DNA of 64,000 nt. It comes from an uncultured delta proteobacterium. Its GTDB lineage: Bacteria > Desulfobacterota > Desulfuromonadia > Geobacterales > Pseudopelobacteraceae. Positions 56,245 to 64,000 of this stretch are shown in pieces. Made by a program: the position numbers and the translations under genes. Under the pieces are notes generated by a model. It had not been told where the DNA came from. It made no database searches and worked only from the letters and a program-made list of their open reading frames with translations. The DNA is taken from positions 1 through 64,000 of the forward strand of contig CAVYYZ010000005.1 of the NCBI GenBank assembly GCA_963772835.1, read 5' to 3'. Position 1 is the first letter of the stretch, and every line of letters starts with the position of its first letter.

Positions 56245-56310
56245 ATGGGATTTCTTATTACAATTTTGATTGTAGTGATTGTAGTAATCCTGGTTTTAAG
56301 AATTATATAA
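56245..56310 (+). CDS. 21-aa hydrophobic micropeptide (third paralog)
   Basis: SD AAGGAGGT; MGFLITILIVVIVVILVLRII. Confidence 0.75.
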   Translation: MGFLITILIVVIVVILVLRII

Positions 56311-56366
56311 CACCGGGATTGATTCACTGATGTTCAGCGACGGAAATGCTTTAAAGGAGTGAAAAC

Positions 56367-56999
56367 ATGGGACCTCGAATCAAGAAGGTTACATTGGCGC
56401 CGATTGTCATGCTTATCGCATGTTCCTTCCTTCTGTTTGCAGGCGGATGCGCCCGGTACGCTCACACGGTAACAACGCTCTATGAACCGTCTGCGACTGT
56501 TCGTGGCGGCACGGGAGAAGTATATATTGTCATTCCGGAAAACCGGCTGTCGCGTTCTTCCGATATCAAATGGGTACTTGGCACAGTTAAAGATTTCGAT
56601 AAGAATGTTATTGATGAACTTTTCAGTCCCCGTTCCCCGGCGGAAATCGTCCAAATGACGCTTGGTCAGGAGTTTAAGAAAGCCGGCTATACTGTTATTC
56701 CGGTTACGCAGCGTCCTGCTGACGGAATGCGGGTGATCGATCTCACAAAATCGGAGATCGACCTGGAACAAATTTCTGATTATGCGGGCCTTAAAGCCAC
56801 ATGCCGGTTGCTGGTCGGGATGGACGTGTTCAAAGACGGTCAGCAGGTCAAACGGATTCAGTATGAATCAACATCCTCCAAGTCCGGTGTCACGGATCGT
56901 GACATGCTTGCCGGAACCGTTCTGAAAGACGCCCTGAAGTCGGTCATGCAGAAAGCCATTCCTGAACTGCACACCCTGTTTACACCGGGACAACCGTAA
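56367..56999 (+). CDS. lipoprotein of unknown function
   Basis: SD AAGGAG; lipobox AGGC. Confidence 0.75.
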   Translation: MGPRIKKVTLAPIVMLIACSFLLFAGGCARYAHTVTTLYEPSATVRGGTGEVYIVIPENRLSRSSDIKWVLGTVKDFDKNVIDELFSPRSPAEIVQMTLGQEFKKAGYTVIPVTQRPADGMRVIDLTKSEIDLEQISDYAGLKATCRLLVGMDVFKDGQQVKRIQYESTSSKSGVTDRDMLAGTVLKDALKSVMQKAIPELHTLFTPGQP

Positions 57000-57071
57000 G
57001 ATTCTGATAGTCGATGGTAACATTGCCATTATCGGCGATATCAACACCAGCGAGGCAAATAAGGAATCGAC

Positions 57072-58415
57072 ATGAAGATTAATTCAGGCGAACGTGCGTC
57101 AACAGCAATCGAACGTCGTCGTCGGGCGGAAGAGCAGCTGAATGGTCAGGCCCCTGTAGAACAGCCGCCGCAGGCCGGGGAAACAAAGCAGAAACTCATC
57201 CACGAACTCGAAGTCCACCAGATCGAACTGGAAATGCAGAATACTGAGCTCCGCCAGGCAAGGGACGAGGTAGAAATATTGCTGGAAAAGTATACCGGTC
57301 TCTACGATTTCGCTCCGGTTGGCTACATAACACTCGACAGAAACGGAGCTATCACTGCCGTGAACCTTGCCGGCGCAAGCCTTATAGGCGGCGTACGCTC
57401 CCAATTAATCGGGCGACGTTTCGGGTTGTTAGTCGCCGCTGCAGATCGCCTCACATTTACCGACTTCATGGGCAGTGTCCTTGCCTGCAGGGTCAAGGAG
57501 TCATGTGAAGTTGCTCTCCTGAGCAAAGGGAAACAACCGGTCATCGTGCAGATAGAAGCCATGGCCACCGTTTCGGGTCAGGAGTTTCGTCTTGCGCTTA
57601 TAGATATCAGCGCGCGCAGGAGCGTTGAAGATGCGCTCGGAGAAAAACGTCAGGAGTTGCTGGATCTCAACAGTTCTCTGGAGGCTCGCGTTGTCCAGGG
57701 TCTGGAAGATATGCGTTTGAAGGACCAGATGCTGATTTTGCAGGACCGCCAGGCCGTTATGGGGGAGATGATCAACAATATCGCCCATCAGTGGCGCCAG
57801 CCGCTGAACTCGTTGGGGCTCATCATTCAGCAATTGCCGATCTTTTATGACTCACCTGAGTTCGACAGGGTATTTTTGGAAAACAACACCGGAAAAAGTA
57901 TGGAGTTGATCACTCACATGTCGCATACCATCAATGACTTCAGGAATTTCTTCAGAACCGACAAGGAAAGAATCTCTTTTTGTGTCAATAAGGTTATCAG
58001 GCAAACGGTCAAACTCGTCGACAAAAGCTTTGAAAATCAACAGATCAGTATTTCACTCTTCTGCGAAGGTGACTTGATTGTCAGCGGCTATCCAAACGAA
58101 TACGCACAGGTCATCCTGAACATCCTGATGAATGCCCGCGATGCACTTGTCGAGCAGAATAGAGCAAACTCCCTGATTTCAATCAACACGCTTACAAAAG
58201 GAGGTACCTCTGTCGTAACCATTACCGATAACGCCGGCGGTATCGCCGATGAGATCATTGGCAGGCTCTTTGATCCGTACTTTACAACCAAGGGACCGGA
58301 CAAAGGAACGGGAATAGGCCTTTTCATGTCGAACACAATTATCGAGAAGAACATGGGAGGAAAGTTGACTGTTCGCAATACCGGGAACGGAGCAGAGTTC
58401 AGGATAGAAGTTTGA
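57072..58415 (+). CDS. PAS sensor histidine kinase with N-terminal HELEVHQIEL helix
   Basis: NIAHQWRQPL, NILMNARDA, DNAGGI, FDPYFTTK and GTGIGL boxes. Confidence 0.92.
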   Translation: MKINSGERASTAIERRRRAEEQLNGQAPVEQPPQAGETKQKLIHELEVHQIELEMQNTELRQARDEVEILLEKYTGLYDFAPVGYITLDRNGAITAVNLAGASLIGGVRSQLIGRRFGLLVAAADRLTFTDFMGSVLACRVKESCEVALLSKGKQPVIVQIEAMATVSGQEFRLALIDISARRSVEDALGEKRQELLDLNSSLEARVVQGLEDMRLKDQMLILQDRQAVMGEMINNIAHQWRQPLNSLGLIIQQLPIFYDSPEFDRVFLENNTGKSMELITHMSHTINDFRNFFRTDKERISFCVNKVIRQTVKLVDKSFENQQISISLFCEGDLIVSGYPNEYAQVILNILMNARDALVEQNRANSLISINTLTKGGTSVVTITDNAGGIADEIIGRLFDPYFTTKGPDKGTGIGLFMSNTIIEKNMGGKLTVRNTGNGAEFRIEV

Positions 58416-58675
58416 TGCGGCGTATTGTTGAAAATGCACAACATACTTAATAGACTCGATATTCAGCATCGGAGTATTTAACGCCTGCAATGAAACTATG
58501 TATGTGTAGCAGAGAATCATATACCAGCAAATTCGATTGAAATCTGACGAGTTGAAAACCACAGTTGTAATCCTGATCACCACAGAATGTCAAAGTAACA
58601 ACGGATGTCAGGAGCGTGTAACACAAGCAGTGCGGAAGTTCTCCGGCACCATCAAATTGAAGGGAGACATAACAA

Positions 58676-58861
58676 ATGAAAAAATCACTTGCAGCAAAAC
58701 TGGCAATTCTGTTTCTGGCATTCTCTACGCTGACCGGCTGTATTCTGGCGGTAGATGATGACGGGTATCGTCGCGGGGGTTCCCACGAACGAGATCACGG
58801 AGACCGCAGCAGAGACAACCGTGGAGATCGAAACGGAGATTCTCGTGGTGATCGTCACTAA
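58676..58861 (+). CDS. small lipoprotein with Arg-Gly-Asp-rich tail
   Basis: SD AGGGAG; lipobox LTGC; repeated (R/H/N)GDR units. Confidence 0.75.
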   Translation: MKKSLAAKLAILFLAFSTLTGCILAVDDDGYRRGGSHERDHGDRSRDNRGDRNGDSRGDRH

Positions 58862-59151
58862 CAGCGGCACCCTGCGTTGCAGGATCATCTATTACTCCCG
58901 TCCCCGCCTATCATGAGATGCAGACCTATCGGGAGATAGTTTTTAACCGCTTCACCGCAAGGCAAAGCCGAATTTTGGGGCCGCCAGGGGAGAAAGCGCC
59001 GGTTCCGGACGGAAACACATACACCTTCAGAATAATGCGCCACCCTGATTCCGGGCCGATCAGCAGAAATGACGTCACCAAAACAGACAGCCGCGAGGGG
59101 GTATACCCCACGCGGCTGTCTGCATGTCTGCCGTTGTAAGGCGCACCAGAG

Positions 59152-59796
59152 TTAATGCCCCGCTGCAGTTTCGGCACGGAGCGCCTGCGCCAGATCAGCG
59201 CTCACGACGAGGAGTGCCCGGCCGTATGCCGCGACCAGAGGATCGTACCCTTCGGCTCTTACAGACTCGCGCACAAGGGTGCGTCCGGTTTTCTGAGCAC
59301 CTCCCGCAACACGGCGCAGCGACCAGACGGCCTCTACGGTAACCGCATCGCCGGGTGACGACTCGAAACGCTTGAAGTCCACCAGAATCCGGTAATCCGC
59401 ATCGGAACCTGCAAGTTGAAGATAGGAAGATACCCGGCTTGACCCGAGCAGGCGGTTCAGGTTCTCCGCGATCAAACGGGGAATCTCGCTCTTAAGCGGC
59501 TCGGCCCATCGGTGCGTTTCGAGGATTTCTACCCGATTAGCGGCAACACGCACCACGAACTGCGGACGGTCCACCAATTCGGGGAGCGTTACCGGTCCAA
59601 CGGCAACCGCCGGCAGGACAGTTGTAGCGGACGGGGTATCCACCACCGCGCCCGGTTCAAGCGTGTAGAAGGCTATCCGCGGGGACCTGCTGCATCCGGA
59701 TACAGCTGCAACCAAAAAGAGTGACAGTATCCCGGCTCTTATAAACGACATACGTCCGCTCACATTACGCGTACCGACATCAACACTGTGCATCAT
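59152..59796 (-). CDS. pqiC: PqiC-family lipoprotein
   Basis: Lipobox VSGC; VGPVTLPELVDRPQ; HRWAEPL; follows pqiB. Confidence 0.88.
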   Translation of the reverse strand: MMHSVDVGTRNVSGRMSFIRAGILSLFLVAAVSGCSRSPRIAFYTLEPGAVVDTPSATTVLPAVAVGPVTLPELVDRPQFVVRVAANRVEILETHRWAEPLKSEIPRLIAENLNRLLGSSRVSSYLQLAGSDADYRILVDFKRFESSPGDAVTVEAVWSLRRVAGGAQKTGRTLVRESVRAEGYDPLVAAYGRALLVVSADLAQALRAETAAGH

Positions 59797-61469
59797 TGCC
59801 TGTCCTCCCTTTTACCGCGGATCAAGGATTCCGGGTGCTGCTCCAGAAAATCGCTGAGTACTCGCAGCGACTGGGCAGCCCGTGACACTTCCCGTAACGT
59901 TTCGCGCAGGTCGAGCTGAACCGGCGCGTCGCCTGCAAGGACCTGATTCGCACCGTTCAGAGTCTTGCGCGCCTCGTCCAGTGTCTTCCTCACATCCTCA
60001 AGTGACTGCCGCGTCTCCTGTAATACCGTGCGTGCTTCAGGGACAATTACCCCGTCCACGTTCTTCAGGAGTTTATCGGCACTTTTCAGTGTGGCGTCAA
60101 GGGTCCGTATCGTTTTTCTTGCATCACCTGCCATCTCTTCAAGCGGCATTTTTTCAATCTTGGTGACGATCTGCATCAGTTTTTTCTGCAACTGGTCCAT
60201 GGAACCGGGGACAGCAGGAAACACGGGGGGGAGTATGTTCCAGTCGATTTTCGTCGCCGGTGCCGCGGGAAAGAAATCAAGCGCGACAAACAGCTGCCCG
60301 GTCAACAGATTACCGCTTTTGAGCTCCGCCCTGAAACCGTGTGCGACAAGCGAATCAAGCAGTATCCGGGAACCGGGCTGCTTGCCCGGCTTCAATGTAT
60401 TGCGCCGCTGCTCGCGTAACCGTTCCGGATAGATCTGTATCTCAACCGGGATGGAAAAGTCAGATTTTCCGGCGTTCAGGGCCACATCGATCTTTGTCAC
60501 TTCACCCACGATCACCCCCCGTAAATCCACCGGTGCACCGACAGTAAGGCCGCGTACCGATTCCTTGAACACGATGGTGAATGCCTCAACCGTTCCCGCG
60601 TGGTTCAACGCCTCGTTCTTGGTCGAGAACAAGGGGAAGACGCTGTCCGGTCCGGCGGGCTGTTCATCAAGATGGTCCTGCGGAGTTTGGAAGGATATCC
60701 CCCCAAGAAGAATCGAGACAATCGATTCCGTATTGATCTTCACGCCGCTGGCGTTGAAACTGAGGTCGACGCCGCTCGCATGCCAGAAGATGGAGTTGGT
60801 CTTGACATACGTATCAAACGGGGCCCGGATGAATGCTCTTATGGTGACTCCTTTGCCGTCCCGGTCCAGTTCGGTTGCGATAACCTGCCCCACCTGCATG
60901 CGGCGGTAGAAGATAGGAGATGAGGTGTCGAGCGAGCCGCCGTCGGCGGCATGCAGAACAAACTGGCGGCCCGGCACTTCCAGAGAAACAGCTGGCTGCG
61001 TCTCGAGACCGATGAATTTGTCCTGACTTTCAACCGATGTGCCGGCGTCGACGCCGATGTAGGATCCCCCGATCAGTGTGCTGAGGCCGGAAACATTGCC
61101 GCCCGAAATCCGGGCGCGAACCACCCAGAACCGGGTGTCCTTCACCAGGAGCCCCTTGACATCATTCGACAGTTCAGCGGTCACAACAACGTGAGACCGG
61201 TCCTTGGCGATGGCAAGCCCCTTGACCACGCCGATCTGTACGTCTTTGTACTTGATCTTGGTCTTGCCCGCCTCCATTCCGTCGCCGGATTTGAAGGTGA
61301 TCGTGATGGTCTCACCACGATCCATGATCGCTTTGACCGCAAGCGAAAGGCCGATGATTGCTGCGACGATGGGTATTATCCAGACAAGCTGAATTGAGAA
61401 TCGCCTCCTCGGTTCGCTGACTGCGTCGGGAATATCTGAATGTTCGGGATTTACGGGGGTATCGGTCAT
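59793..61469 (-). CDS. pqiB: PqiB multi-MCE protein
   Basis: LVWIIPIVA; GKTKIKYKDVQIG; TRFWVVR; GLTVGAPVDLRG; PESLIRGK. Confidence 0.93.
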   Translation of the reverse strand: MTDTPVNPEHSDIPDAVSEPRRRFSIQLVWIIPIVAAIIGLSLAVKAIMDRGETITITFKSGDGMEAGKTKIKYKDVQIGVVKGLAIAKDRSHVVVTAELSNDVKGLLVKDTRFWVVRARISGGNVSGLSTLIGGSYIGVDAGTSVESQDKFIGLETQPAVSLEVPGRQFVLHAADGGSLDTSSPIFYRRMQVGQVIATELDRDGKGVTIRAFIRAPFDTYVKTNSIFWHASGVDLSFNASGVKINTESIVSILLGGISFQTPQDHLDEQPAGPDSVFPLFSTKNEALNHAGTVEAFTIVFKESVRGLTVGAPVDLRGVIVGEVTKIDVALNAGKSDFSIPVEIQIYPERLREQRRNTLKPGKQPGSRILLDSLVAHGFRAELKSGNLLTGQLFVALDFFPAAPATKIDWNILPPVFPAVPGSMDQLQKKLMQIVTKIEKMPLEEMAGDARKTIRTLDATLKSADKLLKNVDGVIVPEARTVLQETRQSLEDVRKTLDEARKTLNGANQVLAGDAPVQLDLRETLREVSRAAQSLRVLSDFLEQHPESLIRGKREDRQ

Positions 61470-62098
61470 GATATGCTCTCTTTCTGAAGGGGGTCCCAGA
61501 TCAGGCGTGGATCAAATTGCATGGACGCGAACATTGTCAGCACTACAACAGCGCCAAATGCTATAGCCGCCGGCCCGGCTTTTACCGTCGCCACGGGACC
61601 GAACTGCACCAGTGCGGCCAGGAGCGTCACCACGTAGATATCCAACATTGACCAGCGACCGACCAGTTCCACAAGACGGTAGAGCCGCGTACGCTGTTTC
61701 GGATGCCATCTGGAACGGCGCTGCACCGAAATGAGCAGCAGGGTGAGTGAAATGAGCTTTAGCAACGGAATCGTGATACTGGCAATGAATACGATGATGG
61801 CGATCACCCAGAAGCCTGTTCTCCAGAGTTCAACCACGCCGCTTATAATGGTGTCCTTACGGTAACTGAACAGCGACCCGGTCTCCATGATCGTCAGAAG
61901 GTTCGCGGGTATATACAGGAGATAAGCGGCAATCAGCAGTGCCCAGCAGCGCGGCACGCTGCCGGGCTTTCTGAAATGCAGGGAGGCGCCGCATCGGGGG
62001 CAGTGTGCCGCGACCGCCTCAGGCCCCAGCCTGGAAACGAGGTTGCAGACATGACAGGAGCAGAGACCCTGCGCGGCGGCGCTCACCGTCGGCTTCAT
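61466..62098 (-). CDS. pqiA: PqiA, C-terminal half protein
   Basis: CHVC..CPRCG; YIPANLL; GRWSMLDIYVV; FDPRLIWD; true start MKPTVSA overlaps the upstream stop. Confidence 0.9.
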   Translation of the reverse strand: MKPTVSAAAQGLCSCHVCNLVSRLGPEAVAAHCPRCGASLHFRKPGSVPRCWALLIAAYLLYIPANLLTIMETGSLFSYRKDTIISGVVELWRTGFWVIAIIVFIASITIPLLKLISLTLLLISVQRRSRWHPKQRTRLYRLVELVGRWSMLDIYVVTLLAALVQFGPVATVKAGPAAIAFGAVVVLTMFASMQFDPRLIWDPLQKESIS

Positions 62099-62730
62099 AA
62101 TGCAGCCGGACCCGCGGCCGGTTTCCTCTCCAGGCGGGCCCAGACGTCGCGGGCGCTGAACGATGCGGCGGCGGCGGACAACATAATAGTCAAGCATCCG
62201 AAAGACCAGAGAGCAACACCCGGAATAACTTTGAACGAGCCGGTGAGCTTCACCAGCGAAACCAGCACGGCGAGCATGAGCACTTCGACCATGCCCCACG
62301 GTTCGACTGCCCGCATCATGCGCAAAATAACCGCATATCCGGCGGGAACGCGTTGAAATTTGAGCGGCAGCAGCAGATAGATCATCGTGATAAGTTCCAG
62401 TGACGGTATGATGATTGTGGTAAGAAAAACAAATATCGAAATAAGCTGCATCTGCTGATCCCAGAGTGAATTCACGGCGCCTGCAAGGTTGATTGACCTG
62501 AGGGATCCCTGAACCTCGATTGCGAAGAGGGGAAAGACATTGGCAATCACAAACAGCACGGCGGCGGCCAGGGTATAGGTGAGCGTGCGGTTGACACTGT
62601 CGGTGGCGTTTCGATACAGGACCGAACCGCATCGACTGCAGCTGGCAGCACATCCCGGTTTGAGGAAAATTTCCTGCTGGAGCAGGTCGCAGTGATGGCA
62701 GGCAATGAGTTGTGTGCGATAAGAGGACAT
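62095..62730 (-). CDS. pqiA: PqiA, N-terminal half protein
   Basis: IACHHCDLL..CSRCG; ANVFPLF; PWGMVEV..VSLVKL. Confidence 0.9.
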   Translation of the reverse strand: MSSYRTQLIACHHCDLLQQEIFLKPGCAASCSRCGSVLYRNATDSVNRTLTYTLAAAVLFVIANVFPLFAIEVQGSLRSINLAGAVNSLWDQQMQLISIFVFLTTIIIPSLELITMIYLLLPLKFQRVPAGYAVILRMMRAVEPWGMVEVLMLAVLVSLVKLTGSFKVIPGVALWSFGCLTIMLSAAAASFSARDVWARLERKPAAGPAAL

Positions 62731-62981
62731 CCGTTAAACCGTACCTTTTCAGTGTGATTCCGTAGAACGTGCGACTGCGTGGAGCGCACTCCGGTGCAGC
62801 ACACCGGCGATCCACACTCCTGGCTTAGTGCTCGATTTTTACAGTATTATATGAAAACAGGCAAGGAGCATTTCCAGCCCGCAGGTCGTCATCCCGGATC
62901 CCGGCAGTGTTTACCCGTCAGGATCAATTCCCTCCATGCGAGGCTTTGCATGTGGCAATTCCAACCTATACCCTCATCCCC

Positions 62982-63398
62982 CTACCCTCCGATAATCTTC
63001 ACCAGCACCCGCTTGCGACGCCTGCCGTCGAACTCACCGTAGAAGATCTGCTCCCACGGACCCAGGTCGAGTTTACCGGCGGTTACCGCCACCACAACCT
63101 CCCGTCCCATAATTGTTCTTTTGAGGTGGGCATCAGCATTGTCCTCATAACCGTTGTGATGGTAACGGGAATACGGTTTCTCCGGGGCCAGCTCTTCGAG
63201 CCATGCTTCAAAATCCTGATGCAGGCCGGATTCATCATCGTTTATGAACACACTGGCCGTGATATGCATGGCGTTGCAGAGCAGAATCCCGTCCGTAATG
63301 CCGCTTTCACTCAAACATTCCGAAATATGCGGCGTTATATTGATCATTTCACGCCGGCGACCGGTTTCAAACCATAACTCCTTCCGATACGACTTCAT
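62982..63398 (-). CDS. yjbQ: YjbQ / UPF0047 family protein
   Basis: [33 protein letters not shown]. Confidence 0.92.
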   Translation of the reverse strand: MKSYRKELWFETGRRREMINITPHISECLSESGITDGILLCNAMHITASVFINDDESGLHQDFEAWLEELAPEKPYSRYHHNGYEDNADAHLKRTIMGREVVVAVTAGKLDLGPWEQIFYGEFDGRRRKRVLVKIIGG

Positions 63399-63404
63399 GG
63401 CACA

Positions 63405-64000
63405 TCACCCTTTCAGACTTTTGGTCACGACTTCATAGACATCCCGCGGCAGATCGGGAACAGCCAGTATCCGTCGCAACTCCTGCTGCATCAGAACACT
63501 CCGCCCGCTCTCAAAGCGTCGCCAGACCGTCAACGGGCCCAGCAGACGGGCCGATACCTGCGGATTGACAGGAATCAACCGCAGCAGCTGATCGGCCAGA
63601 AAACGGTACCCGGCACCGCCCGGTTCGTGGAAACGAACCTGATTACCCTGGCTGAATGCTCCGACCAGGGAGCGGAAACGATTGGGGTTGGTCAGCTCAA
63701 AAGCCGGATGAACCAACAGTTCCTGGATCTCGTCCAACACCCCGGGAAGGATTGAGCCGGCCTGGAGTGAAAACCATTTGTCTACCACAAGACGATCCCC
63801 CTTCCAGCGACGGTAGAAATCCTCCAGAACATCCTTCCGTTCCGGGCAATGGCAGGAAACAAGCGGCGCCAGCGCACCGATGCTGTCGGTCATATTGTCT
63901 GCCCGGCGGTACTGCTGCAGACAGAGATCGATCTCACCCTGTCCGGCATTGCTCATCAGGTAGGCGAGACAGAGGCTGCCCAGACGCCGGGCACCGGAAC
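63405..64000 (-). CDS. pepN: aminopeptidase N, C-terminal part (5' end outside the window)
   Basis: ADNMTD..VVDKWFSLQA..NPNRFRSL..FH..GYRFLAD..NPQVSARL..DVYEVVTKSL. Confidence 0.9.
   Translation of the reverse strand, partial: SGARRLGSLCLAYLMSNAGQGEIDLCLQQYRRADNMTDSIGALAPLVSCHCPERKDVLEDFYRRWKGDRLVVDKWFSLQAGSILPGVLDEIQELLVHPAFELTNPNRFRSLVGAFSQGNQVRFHEPGGAGYRFLADQLLRLIPVNPQVSARLLGPLTVWRRFESGRSVLMQQELRRILAVPDLPRDVYEVVTKSLKG

Noticed and set aside
62099..62815. Long N-terminal extension of the 449-aa PqiA ORF
   Set aside because: It is an off-frame overlap with the upstream pqiA gene. Homology begins at Met 62098.
1..64000. CRISPR array, tRNA/rRNA, integrase, IS transposase or att sites marking a mobile island
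   Set aside because: None seen. The repeats are intragenic, promoter cassettes or isolated palindromes, so there is no direct evidence of mobility of the region as a unit.

Overview
This window is most likely from a Geobacteraceae/Desulfuromonadales chromosome, judged by a Geobacter-type GEMM-Ib riboswitch and an HgtR-like repressor. From 1 to about 59 kb it is an accessory stress/envelope region. It encodes five DUF3494 ice-binding-like proteins (two on Ig-like stalks), outer-membrane beta-barrels, CsbD x2, BON, Spy/CpxP, YihY, Fet4, lmo0937-like, DUF748 and lipid enzymes. It also encodes a CheB-CheR fusion, a solo CheB, three histidine kinases and two paralogous sigma54 enhancer-binding proteins (bEBPs). 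pqiAABC, yjbQ and pepN lie at the right end. The main hidden structure is non-coding. I read 18 sigma54 -24/-12 promoters plus one decayed copy. Almost all share one cassette: a tandem palindrome CCGTCA-N4-TGACGG (usually 18-bp period, outer edge mostly 129-131 bp from the -24 box) and an IHF-like site 26-28 bp upstream of -24. The two local bEBPs have identical recognition helices, which suggests a self-contained sigma54 general-stress/cold regulon. One ice-binding gene is additionally gated by a 3',3'-cGAMP-type riboswitch. Other unannotated items are three paralogous 20-21 aa membrane micropeptides around an ABC exporter, a shared N-terminal helix on four signalling proteins, and a DUF559 element with an empty derivative. 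All family calls come from motif recognition by eye, not database searches.
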